Source: Lama glama
Taxonomy: Eukaryota
Direction of reading: 5' to 3'
Length of the DNA: 64,000 nucleotides
NCBI GenBank assembly: GCA_028534125.1
Contig: CM052816.1
Span: 20,834,001-20,898,000 of the forward strand
This document shows, one piece after another, positions 12,658 through 24,365 of this stretch. The notes beneath the pieces were generated by a model. That model had not been told where the DNA came from and searched no databases. It saw nothing but the letters and a program-made list of their open reading frames with translations. The stretch's first letter is position 1. Each line of letters opens with the position of its first letter. The position numbers were made by a program, and so were the translations under genes.

Positions 12658-14948
12658 AAATTCAACACCCATTTAGGATAAAAACTATTACCAAAGTGGT
12701 TATAGAGGGAACATATGTCAACATAATAAAGCTATTTAGCACAAAACTATAGCCAGCATAGTACTTAATGGTGAAAAACTGAAAGATTTCCCACTAAAAT
12801 CTGGAATGAAACAAGGATGCCCACTCTCATGTCTATTCAACATAGTCTTGGAAGTCCTAGCCACAGCAATCAGGCAAGAAAAAGAAATAAATGGGATCCT
12901 AACTGGAAAAGAAAAGGTAAGCTTGTCGCTATATGTGGATGACATGATACTATATATAGAAAACCCTAAAAGCTCCACACAAAAACTAGTAGAGCTGATA
13001 AAAGAATTCAGCAAGGTAGCAGGATACAAGATTAACATGCAAAAATTAGTTGCATTTCTTTACACTAACTATGAATTAGCAGGAAAAGAAAGGAAAAAAA
13101 CAATCCCTTTTAAAACTGCATCCAAACAATACAAGACTTAGGAATAAATCTCACCAAGGAGCTGAAAGACTTATTCATGGAGAACTACAAATCATTGATT
13201 AAGGAAATTAAAGATTAATTAAAGAAATGGAAAGATATCCCATGCTCTTGGACTGGAAGAATCAATATCATTAAAATGGCCATACTACCCAAAGCACTCG
13301 ACAGATTTAATGCGATCTCTATCAAATTACCCAGGACATTTTTCACAGACTAAAACAAACAATCATAAAATTTATATGGAATCACAAAAGACCCAGAGTT
13401 GCCAAAGCAATATTGAAGAAAAAGAATGAAGCTGGAGGAATAACCCTCTCAGACTTCAGACAATACTACAGATCTACAGTAATCAAAAAGCATAGTATTG
13501 GCATAAAAACAGACAGATAGATCAATGGAACAGAATAGAGAGCCCAAAAATAAATCCTCAGACGAATGGTCAATTAATCTTCGATAAAGGAGGCAGCAAT
13601 ACACAATTGAGTAAAGACAGTGTCTTTAGCAAGTGGTGTTGGGAAAACTGGATAGCAGCATGTAAATCAATGAATTTAGAACACTCCCTCACTCCATACA
13701 CAAAAATAAACTCAAAATGGCTTAAAGACTTAAATATAAGGCAAGACACAATAAATCTCCTAGAAGAAAACATAGGCAAAACATTCTCTGACATAAATCG
13801 TAGCAGTGTTCTCCTAGGGTAGTCTACCCAGGCAATGGAAATAAGAGCAAAAATAAACAAATTGGACCTAGTTAAACTTAGAAACTTTGGCACAGCAAAG
13901 GAAACCATAAACAAAACAAAATGACAGCTTACGGAATGGGAGAAAATACTTGCAAATGATGTTACTGACAAAGGCTTAACTTCCAGAATATATAAACAGC
14001 TCATACAACTTAGTAACAAAACAAAACAAAAAACCCAATCCAAAAATGGGCAAAGGACATAAACAAGCAATTCCTCCAGTGAAGATATACAAATGGCCAA
14101 ACAACACAAGGAAAAATGCTCAATATCACTAATTATCAGAGAAATGCAAATCAAAACTACAATGAGGTATCACCTCACACCAGTCAGAATGGCCATCATT
14201 CAAATGTCTACGAACAACAAACGCTGGAGAGGATGCGGAGCAAAAGGAACCCTCCTACACTGTTGGTGGAAATGTAGTTTGGGACAGCCATTATGGAAAA
14301 CAGTATGGAGAGTCCTCCAAACACTAAAAATAGACTTACCATATGATCCAGCAATCCTACTCCTAGGCATATGTTGGAAGGGAACTCTAATTTTAAAAGA
14401 TACCTGCACCCCAATGTTCATAGCAGCACTATATCCAATCGCCAAGACATTCAAACAACCTAACTGTCCATTGACAGATGACTGGATAAAGCTGTGGTAT
14501 ATACTGTGGAATACTACTCAGCTATAAAAAATGATAAAATGCCATTTGCAGCAATGTGGATGGACCTAGAGAGTCATTCTAAGTAAAGTAAGCCAGAAAG
14601 AGAAAGAATACCATACGATATCACTCATATGTGGAACCTAAAAAAAAAAAAAAAAGACACTGAACTCATCTATAAAACAGAAACAGACTCATAGACATAG
14701 TAAACAAATATGGTTACCAGGGAAACGGGGTGGGAAGGGATAAATTTGGGAGTTTGAGATTTACAAATGTTAGCCACTACATATAAAAATAGATTTAAAA
14801 GAAAGTTTCTTCTCTATAGCACAGGGAACTATGTGCAACATCTTGTATTAATCTTTAATGAAAATGAATATATGTATGTGTATGCATGACTGGGACATTG
14901 CACTGTACACCAGAAACTGACACATTTTAATTGACTATTTCAATTAAA
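12658..14948 (+). mobile_element. lineage-young 5'-truncated L1 (RT to 3'UTR), disrupted ORF2
   Basis: [39 protein letters not shown] motifs; TSD aaaa(a/g)tgaaaaga at 12645-12657 and 14949-14961. Confidence 0.93.
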
Positions 14949-15970
14949 AAAAGTGAAAAGACATGCCACAATTTAAGGCAAGATGTTTATAGACATATAA
15001 AAAAAGTATTAGTACATTGGACTACACAAAGAAATTCTTAGTAAGGAAAAGACATTCCAATGAAAACTGGGCAAAGATATGAACACACAAATCACAGGAG
15101 TGAAACCTTATGGGCAATAATAAAATGAAAGGTTACTCAATTTCATTAATAACCAGAAAAATGCTATTTAAGTTTACACTGCAATACAATTCTACCCTCA
15201 TAAGAGTGGCAGTAATTAACAAGTCCAATAACACCCAGTGCTGATGAGCTCCAGGGGAAAGAGGGTCTTTACATATTTCTAGAGGAAGTGCAAATTGGCA
15301 CCACTACTTTGGAGAGCAATTTGGCAAAATCTAATTAAGTTAAAGATGTGTATATCCTGTAATCCAGCAGTTACATTTCTAAGCATATACTCAAGAGAGT
15401 CTAGTACAAATGCACAAAGAAACATTTAAAGAAGGTTCACAGTACCACTGTTAGTAATAAAGAAAAACTGGAAACAATCTAAATGGACCATTGGCAAAAA
15501 AAAAAAGATTAAAAATCGTGGTCTATTCACAGAATGGAATGTTAACTGAATGAATTAGAATCACATGTATTAGCATGGATAAATCACTAAAACAGAAGGT
15601 TGAATTTTAAAAAGCAACTTATTTAAAGATATGCATAATATGATATCATTTATAAAAAGTTTTTAAAACACTGAAAATATACTATACATTGTCTTTTGAT
15701 ACATTCATATTTAATGATAGTACAAAAACATAATAAAGACAACCAAAAAAAAAATCCCTGTCAGTGGTTAGATCAGGAGTGGGAGTGAAGAGAACAGGAT
15801 AAGGGCAGGGCATGTAAGAGACTTCAACTCTATCTGTAATATCCTATCTATTATTTTTCAATCTAAAGAAAATATGGCAGGATATTGACATGGGATGAAA
15901 CAGGCTAGTGAAGAATAGGTGATGGGCTCATCAGAGTTTGCTCTATACTCCTCTATATTTTTATATAATG
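14949..15970 (+). mobile_element. ancient L1ME-like 3' end
   Basis: Degraded ORF2 end (aaactgggcaaagatatgaacac..ccactactttggagagcaatttggca) and 3'UTR. Confidence 0.7.
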
Positions 15971-16665
15971 AACACAGTTGTTAAGTCAGACCCAGATTGT
16001 AAATAATTTAAGAATCTGGAGAGAATTCCAACCTTTTTCCTTCATTCTATGTCCTATTTTTTAAAACTAATTCATTATTATACTTTTTATTATTTAAAGT
16101 ACAAATATACAAGTATAAACCATAAACTGTAATAGTCTGTTCTTTAACACAAAAGTGGCTCTAGATGGTCAGAATAATTTTCCAACTTTTTAAATAAACA
16201 AAAATTCTTTCCAAAATTCCAAAAAGGAAAAAACGAAAAAGCAGTGAAGTTTCACGTTTAAGATGATAAACTAAATCAAGAACACAGTCTTCTCCTCTGG
16301 CAACAAATTCATAAAAATATTAGCAAGAGCTTTAATAATAAATAAGTACGTACATTCAAAACAGGAAAATAAACTCTAGTGGACCATAAAACCTGAGGAA
16401 TCCATGAAAGGCAAAAAAAAAAAAGAGAGAGAGAGAAAAGCTAAAAACTGCAAAGAAATGCCACTGGCCAGGATAAAATACAAAAAAAGAAAGACAGAAA
16501 GGGGGCTGGGGGGAGAGAAAGGAAGGAAAATGATGGAAAAATAAAAGATGTTTCATTTTCAAAGTAGACACTCAGAGCCAGAGAAGGCCTGGGTCAGTGG
16601 TGACTAACTAACCTGGTAACAAGAACACAGATGTTAACCCTGAATGTTTCCATCACCACCCTCAG

Positions 16666-17150
16666 AGGAAACTTAAATGCATATTACCAAGTGGAAAAAA
16701 AAAAGCCAATCTGAAAAGGCTACATAACATGTAATTCCAACTGTATGACATTTTGGAAGAGGCAAAACTATGAAGACAATAAAATATCAGTGGTTGCCAG
16801 GGTAAAGAGGAGGGAAGGATGAATAGGTAGAGTACAGAGGATCTTTAGGGGAGTCAAAATATTCTGCATGATAATCTAAGGATGGATATATGTCATTATA
16901 CACTTGTGCAAACCCATAGAATGTAAATCAAGCATGAACCCTAATGTAACCTACGAACTTTGGGTAATTAGGACATGTCAACCTAGGTTCATCAACTGTA
17001 ATGAATGTACCACTCTGGTAGAGGGTGTTGATAACAGGGGAGGTTCGTGTGGAGATAGGAAGTATATGGGAAATCTCTATTCCTTTCCCTCAGTTTTGCT
17101 AAGAAGCATAAACTGCTCTAGAATTTAAGTCTGAATAGAAAAATAAATTA
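16666..17150 (+). mobile_element. L1MC-like 3'UTR
   Basis: aaacttaaatgcatatt..agccaatctgaaaaggctaca..aaccctaatgtaacctacgaactttgggt. Confidence 0.8.
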
Positions 17151-17468
17151 ATTTTTTTCATTTTTAAAAAGTGTAAACATATAAACGTAGTAAAAAGAAG
17201 TTTGAAAAAGAGGGGAGCTTGTCCTACCAAACATGAAAACATACTACAAAACTATAGGAATTCACACTGTGTATTAGTGTAAAGATAGGCAAATATACTA
17301 GAAAAATATAACCGGGAATTCAGAAATGGATTTATATGTATACAGAGGCATTTCAAATCAAAGGGAGGAAACGGGACATTTTAATAATGTTAGTGAGGAA
17401 ACTGATTCTCTATTTAGGAAAAAAATAAATCATGTCCCTACATACTATTCTCAAAAGTAAATTCTAGG

Positions 17469-17677
17469 GAGGAATAAATTAGGAGTATGGGATTAATAGA
17501 TATACACTACTATATACAAAATAGATAAATAAGGATTTACTGTATAACACAGGGAACTATATTCAGTATCTTACAATAACCTATAATGAGAAAAAATCTG
17601 AGAAAGAAAATACTTATGAATCACTTTGCTGAAAACCTGGAACTAACACAATATTATAAACCAACTATAATTTTTTT
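17469..17677 (+). mobile_element. short L1 3'-tail insertion
   Basis: gaataaattaggagtatgggatt..gaatcactttgctg; TSD aagtaaattc(t/c)agg at 17455-17468 and 17678-17691. Confidence 0.85.
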
Positions 17678-17741
17678 AAGTAAATTCCAGGTAGAGAAGA
17701 CCTAAACTCTCCCAAAAATGTCAAAGTTTTAGAAGAAAACG

Positions 17742-17890
17742 TTCAAAACTACAATGAGGTATCACCTCACACCAGTCAGAATGGCCGTCATTCAAAAATC
17801 CACAAATGACAAATGCTGGAGAGGCTGTGGAGAAAGGGGAACCCTCCTACACTGCTGGTGGGAATGCAGTTTGGTGCAGCCACTATGGAA
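17742..17890 (+). mobile_element. young L1 ORF2 3' fragment running into the gap
   Basis: [38 protein letters not shown]. Confidence 0.9.
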
Positions 17891-18390
17891 NNNNNNNNNN
17901 NNNNNNNNNNNNNNNNNNNNNNNNNNNNNNNNNNNNNNNNNNNNNNNNNNNNNNNNNNNNNNNNNNNNNNNNNNNNNNNNNNNNNNNNNNNNNNNNNNNN
18001 NNNNNNNNNNNNNNNNNNNNNNNNNNNNNNNNNNNNNNNNNNNNNNNNNNNNNNNNNNNNNNNNNNNNNNNNNNNNNNNNNNNNNNNNNNNNNNNNNNNN
18101 NNNNNNNNNNNNNNNNNNNNNNNNNNNNNNNNNNNNNNNNNNNNNNNNNNNNNNNNNNNNNNNNNNNNNNNNNNNNNNNNNNNNNNNNNNNNNNNNNNNN
18201 NNNNNNNNNNNNNNNNNNNNNNNNNNNNNNNNNNNNNNNNNNNNNNNNNNNNNNNNNNNNNNNNNNNNNNNNNNNNNNNNNNNNNNNNNNNNNNNNNNNN
18301 NNNNNNNNNNNNNNNNNNNNNNNNNNNNNNNNNNNNNNNNNNNNNNNNNNNNNNNNNNNNNNNNNNNNNNNNNNNNNNNNNNNNNNNNNN
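17891..18390. other. assembly gap (500 N)
   Basis: Run of N. Confidence 1.
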
Positions 18391-18820
18391 TCCTTTTAAA
18401 ACCTTTAAAAAAAAAAAGGGGGTGGGGAGATGAATATATGTGTTTGAAGCCTGTGTCTAATCAATAACAGGACATCAAAACCCAAGAGAAATAGAAATGA
18501 ATTAAGAAGTAAAAATTAAGAGAGTAATTGAAAATAAAATAGGTAAAAACAGATTAAAAAGAAAAAACAAAACAAAAACAAAAACAAAAAACAACAAAAA
18601 AAAACAAAAAAACCAAAAAAACAAAAAAAAAAGGGGGTGGTTGTCGGTGTTCTCCTGGAGACTATGTGCTTTTAATGTGAAGTCCTTCTGTCTTCGTCCC
18701 GTTTTGGAAGCTCATCTTGTTTTCATAGGCCCTCCGTTGGCGCCCTCTTCTGTGCTGTTCCCAGCACCTGTCGGCAAGCTGATCGCGCCTCCTAACACGT
18801 GGTCAGATGCAGCTCTCCTC
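18391..18820 (-). mobile_element. probable young L1 5'UTR segment
   Basis: On the minus strand, CpG-retaining sequence followed by a long T-rich tract, the architecture of ungulate L1 5'UTRs; abuts the gap. Confidence 0.55.
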
Positions 18821-19099
18821 ACCAATCTGTTTCTTTATCTTACAAATTCCTTTAAATCCTGTGAAAACCTTATTGCTACTGAAGAATGTGCCTCTTGTTC
18901 CCTTTTTTTTCCTTTGCCTTTGTGCATCCTCTAGTTTCAGTTGCTCACAGGGTGCTGTGTGCAGAGGTCTTGCCCCCAGCCCTTCAGACCAGATTTCTTA
19001 GCGCGAAAGGCTGCGCGGACCACCTCAGCTCGGAGGGCCGCGTGTTGAAGCGCCGCGCACAACACTCAATGCAACATCAAGAGACATTTTTTTGTACAA

Positions 19100-20100
19100 C
19101 ATAATACTCTATTATGTTCAACAAATATCATTCTCTTCCCAGATTTTAGAACTGTCATGAGGTCAAGATGTTGAGTTTAACAGGAGTCTATGCATAAGGC
19201 TATCTCTAAAAAATTAATGCCCTGATCTGAGAGATTATGTGACTAATTTCCTAACACTAAATCATTTTTGCAATCCTGGGATAGACTCTACTTTATTGTT
19301 AAGTGTTATTCTTTTAATATTTCATTTAATTCTATTTTCTGGTATTTTATTTAGGATTATTAAACTTATTTTCATAAGTCAGGACAATCCATAGTTTCTT
19401 TGTTATTGTTTACTATTTCTATCAGCTTTTGGCATCAGCGTTACAATAGTTGCCTAAAATAAATTAGATGGCTGCTCAATTTTTTTCATGTGGTAAAACA
19501 GTTCACATGATAAGAATTATCAGTTTCTTGAAAGTTGAAATTTGACATATGGACATGGAGCCTTTTGTGGAAGTGAATATTTGGTAACTTTTCCCTTGAA
19601 TATTGGTCTTAAAAAATTTGTATAGGATTGATTTTGATAATTTCTACTTATATCCCCAGAAGATCATCCATGTTACTGAGATCTTCAAATTCATTAGCAA
19701 AAAATAATAGCTAAATTCCTTACAATTTTAATTCTTCCCTGTATATGCTTTATTGATTTATTTGTTATAAAATTTTTTTAATTAAAAAAATTTTTTTGAG
19801 GGAGGAGGCAATTAGGTTTATTTATATTTATTTATTTAATGAAGGTACCGGGGATTGAACTCAGGACCTCGTGTATGCTAAGCACATGTTCTACTACTGA
19901 GCTATCTTCTTATTGTTTTATTTTTACCATTTAAAATTTTATCTTTTTTTGTTATTTGTTAGATACTTGACTGTTTTTAAGTCTGGTCTTCTCCAAAGAA
20001 CAGTCTTAAATGTATTTGTTAATGTCCTTGCTTTGCTATGTTTGAATTATTTGCCTCCTCTCTGTTTTTCTTAGAATAATCTAACATTTCCAGTCTGAGT
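19100..20100 (-). mobile_element. ancient L1 ORF2 remnant
   Basis: T-rich antisense L1 motifs (tattttatttaggatt.., tttggcatcagcgttac.., tctccaaagaacagtc). Confidence 0.65.
19790..19908 (-). mobile_element. Vic-1-type SINE
   Basis: gaggcaattaggtttattt..ggtaccggggattgaactcaggacctcgtgtatgctaagcac..ctgagcta. Confidence 0.88.
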
Positions 20101-20207
20101 CATTGTTACCTGTGTTTTACCCGTGTGGTGAAAGTTCAGCTTCCAGTTTGATCTGTGACTGTTTTGGTGCTGAGTTCTGGAGTTTTTGCTTGCTGCATGA
20201 ATAAATG

Positions 20208-20322
20208 CTACAAGGCAGGGATCTCTGTTCTTTTCTCTGTGACATATCCCAAGCATCTAGAACAGTTCTTGGCATGCAGTAGGGGTGTGTAGTATATATT
20301 TATGGGCCAAGTGAAAGAATGG
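20208..20322 (+). mobile_element. L2 3' end
   Basis: aaggcagggatctctgttc..atcccaagcatctagaacagttcttggcatgcagtagg. Confidence 0.7.
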
Positions 20323-20882
20323 ATCTGAGAACCGGTGGGAAGCTGCTGGAAGCCTACTGTCCTGGGGACAGCTGGAGGGCCAGGGAGGAGGAGGAGATAG
20401 GTCACAGACCTGTCTGCACAGTCAGCTTTGGCTACTGCTTCTTTCCTTCCACCCCCACAACCAGCTCCCCCCACATTACAAAAACTTTCTTGGAGCGTGT
20501 GGTAGCCAGTGTTAGGGGCCAGGCCCGTTTGAGTTCCCTTTTCCCAGATGGTGAAATCTGTTGTGGCCCGGGCTGGAGATGCTGGCAGGAGTGTGAGGGT
20601 GGAGAGAAGGTGAACACTAGGCAAGAGATGAGTCAGCTGGATGGAGGAGCTGGGCAACGGGCAGGGGCTGAGGAGTAAGGGCGCAGTTATTTTGACAAAC
20701 AAGACCTCCAGGTGAGGTTTCATTTCTGGCCATGCAGAGATTTGAGCTTGAACCCAGAACAGTGATGTGTTGAGGGTGGGAGTGATCGTGTGGCAACCTG
20801 GCCTTAGGAGTGAGGGAGACCAGCTGGGCTGGCTGGAGAGGTGCCCTGCCGGTGGACACCTGCCTCCATTTCATCTCCACCT

Positions 20883-20965
20883 GGAGTGGCCGGATACAAT
20901 GCAGGGTGCACAGTTGAATTAGAATTTCAGATGAGTGACGAATACTTTTTTTAAGTTTGCCCCAT
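20883..20965. mobile_element. MER53-like DNA transposon, one arm
   Basis: cagttgaattagaatttcagatgagtgacgaatacttttttt..gcccca resembles the MER53 arm. Confidence 0.55.
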
Positions 20966-22469
20966 GGATTTGGGGCCTCTCCACTTACCCAGATCTGAGG
21001 TGGGAGGCTCCCAGAACCTGGGACTGCCATTGGGAAGGCAGGAAGTCATGCCTCCTCTGGACTCCAAACACACTCTGAGATACTCCCAGCAAAAAGTGAA
21101 GTCTTCAGACATGAAAAAACAAGGCCCCTTGTCTCTCATCCTGTCCTGTTCCTCAAATGCAAGTGTGACTAAGCAAGCTCTCTCCACCTTCCTCCACTTG
21201 CTAATGGCCTTTTGGGAAATGCAAGTCCAGTCTCAGGGCTCTGCTGGACACTAGGATGAGTAAGGTGAGCACAAGTCTTCCAGCATGTCCCAGCCAGACA
21301 AAGGAAGTACGGCAAAGGCCCAGGAAATGGGGGGTTACATAAACTGAGTGTTAGGGGCTCAGCCAGGAGCGTGGGCTGGGGGGATGATGTAGGCAGGGGG
21401 GCCATGCAAGAGATGACCAGAGGCTGAAGGGGTGCAGCCTGATGGCTGCTAGAGGGGAAGGTGTGAAGTCAGTAAGGTCTTGAGGATCCTCCATCCTAGG
21501 CACATCCTCAGTGCCATTTGCCTCCAGGGTCTCTGAAAAAGCTGAAGGGCGAACTCTAAGTTTCTGGGCTACCAAATAAGCTTGGGAATTGTGTCTCAGA
21601 GGAGATAACCTCTATGTATTGTCACAAAGTTTGTGTTCCCCTTTGCCCAGCCTCATTTATTTTTGGCAGTAGGTTAAAAACTATACAAATAATTTTAATG
21701 GACATAATTATATTCTCATCACAAAATAATGTGAGACAGGTCCATAATTATTCAAAAATGATCATTGTGTGAACAGCTATTAATTACTGAATAGCTTTGG
21801 AAAAAAATTTCAATAGATTTGGGAAGCATTGTTAATAACCCATTACGGTATGTCTGGGGGTCAAATCACCATGTCGTGTCAAAGCAGAGATTTATAGCTC
21901 CATTTTTAATCATTTCAGAATAATTAGGAATGTACTGTGCCTCTGACTGGGCAGATTTGAGACACGAATACCATATATCTGCATTAGGAGGGGAACGGAT
22001 CATTTCCAGCCAGAATGGGGATCAGAGCTCTTTCGACATCCATTTGGCAAGAGCAGGCACATTTTACAGCTTCTCAAAAGTATTAGTGATTTTAAATAAA
22101 AAGCAATCAGCTTTTCTTTCCCTTTCTCCATGGCCTTCTCTCAAGCCAAGAGAGGAGAATCACAAATTGTCAGGAACTTCTGACCTTGACTGGGAATTCC
22201 AGGGAGTCCAGCCATATGCTGTTGTGAGTAGGGTGTGGGTATTTCTACATGACTTTTTGCCTTTCTCCAGAGTGGGTCAGGGAGAAGCAGCTCTGCCCTT
22301 CCCCCTGAGGGAGACCCACATGCTTTTGGGGGTGTGGTGCTGGAATCCCTTTTAGATTAGCACCCTTCCTGTCTCTCTGGAACCTGGAATCTCAGGGGGT
22401 TTTGAGCCTTTGGGATCAGCCCCACCTCCTGGTCTTGCCTGGAATCCTGGTCGGGGATGGGCACGGAGT

Positions 22470-22680
22470 TGATGCTTACCAATGTCTCTGTGTGCCTAGC
22501 ACTGTGCTGGACACTTTATGCACATTATCTCAACCCTCCAGTGGATCAGGTCCTGTCATCTCTGTCTTAACAGAGGGTGAACTGAAGCTCAGAGAGGTGA
22601 AGGGGTCCTGCATGGTTGTTTATCTTGGGAAGGAAGCCCAAGGCTTGGAGAGAAGCTTTAGGTCCAGTATGCCATCTGAT
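22470..22680 (-). mobile_element. MIR SINE
   Basis: Core aacagagggtgaactgaagctcagagaggtgaag. Confidence 0.7.
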
Positions 22681-23059
22681 GTTTGATGCCCTTTGGTGAC
22701 TTACCCATGAAGAGGTCATCTAGCCCAGGGGTCGCCACCTCTTTGGGAGAGGTGCTGTCGGATTCAGCAGGAGTAATGAGTATATATGCTCGTTGTTTTA
22801 ATAAAAAATGCCTATAAACTAAAAGGATGATAGCTCCCCCATGCCTTTTCTAAATCTGTTTATCAGAGGAAATCACTGTTGGCAGTTGAGTGTGTGTCAT
22901 TCCAAGCATCTTCCTAAGCATATAGAAATATGTTATTATTTAGTGTCAATAGGATCATATGAACTGCTCTGATATGCTTCTCAGTCCACCATGTGTGGGG
23001 GTTGCTTTCAGATACATCTCCACAGTGACTTCATTCTATGGATCGTATCTACCCGCTCT

Positions 23060-23625
23060 CCAGCTATCACCTGTCTATCAGGTTCCTATCGCTCTATTTA
23101 TCTGGATTTATCTGTCTGTCTGGTTCTACCTTCAAAATACTGTCTTCAAAGTAGATCTGACCATTTTCCACCACTTCTATCTTCCTGTCTCTTAAATTGG
23201 ATTATCATTATAGCCTCCTACCTGGAACCCCTGCTTCCACCCTTGCCCTGTCCTAGAGGCTATTCTGAACCCAGCAATTAGAGTATGCCTTTCAAAATGC
23301 AAGTTGGCACATGTTGCTTCTCTGCTCAGAACCCTCCCATCAGAGTAAAAGCCAAAGGCCTTTCATGGCTTCGGAGGCTCTCCATGGTCTGCCCCTGATC
23401 CATTTTTCTGATGACCCCTCCCATCACTCTCCCTTTTGTTTCCTCTGCCCCTACTAGGCTGGCATCCTTGCTGTTCTTTGAACTTGCCAAGCATGCTACT
23501 GCCTCAAAGCCTTTGGATTTACTGTTTATAGTGCTTGGAATGTTCTTCCCAGAAAACTGTATGGCTCCTTCCTTTTAGATTTGTGCTCAAATGTAGTAAA
23601 GGCCTTCCTGACCACCCCTCTATAG
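23060..23625 (+). mobile_element. L2 fragment
   Basis: tctgctcagaaccctccc..agagtaaaagccaaaggc..ctggcatccttgctgttctttgaac. Confidence 0.75.
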
Positions 23626-23789
23626 ATTGATATAATTTCTTAAGGTGATTAAAAAAATAATGTGCACATATGCCCCAAAGCTAAGCCAGCATGATACTTA
23701 CTGATGAAATAGTAAAAGCATTCAAATTTACACAAGGAAAAAGACAAATCAGTTTAATTGGTCTCTCTCTTCATGCACTTGCACTGCAC

Positions 23790-24365
23790 TGTTGGATTGG
23801 GCAGAAAAAGAAGGGGTGAAGGACTGGAAGTCCTGGACTGGTCAAAGGATGTCCACAGAGGTAGTAAACTAACAGGCAAATTGGAAAGAGGAGGGTGTGG
23901 TCAGAGTGTTTGAATTAGTGATGGTAACAAGGGAATACTATTGATACATAACAAGGTGCAAGGTGTGACTCTGGGTGGCTGAGATGGAGCCGAGGAGGAG
24001 GACGCTGGAAAGAGGTGGTCTAGGAAGTGGAGGTCAGAGTATAGGAGGGGTTATCCATGTGGATGTCGGTTACCTAGGAGGGGAGAAGTCTTGGGGGCAG
24101 AGGGGAAGATGGGTGCCCGATGCCCAAGTCTAGATGAATCAGTTGCCAATCATTGGGTGCTACAACGCGGAGGCTGTTGGAGATGGGGGAGGTATTGATG
24201 TGCCAGCAGAGAGGGAAAAGACTTGACTTCTCATCCCAGGAGGCCTGGGAAGTGGCATCCTCCATAGAAAGCAAGATTCCAGAGAAGGCAGGCTTTTGAG
24301 AAGTTGGCACATTTTAAAATTATAGAGCTGTAGTTTCAGCAGGCCCAGTGGAAGGCTGGGGTGTT
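23790..24365 (-). mobile_element. probable L2 internal fragment
   Basis: Purine-rich degraded sequence typical of antisense L2 ORF2. Confidence 0.45.

Noticed and set aside
13570..14154. 194-aa hydrophobic minus-strand ORF
   Set aside because: Antisense frame of L1 ORF2, a common spurious ORF.
12806..14527. Reverse-transcriptase-like ORFs (also 2848-3690, 31503-32280)
   Set aside because: Frameshifted, stop-interrupted L1 ORF2 fragments; not a host gene, retron or novel RT system.
17754..18467. Long ORFs of ~200 aa (also 35927-36735)
   Set aside because: Artefacts of translating through N gaps.
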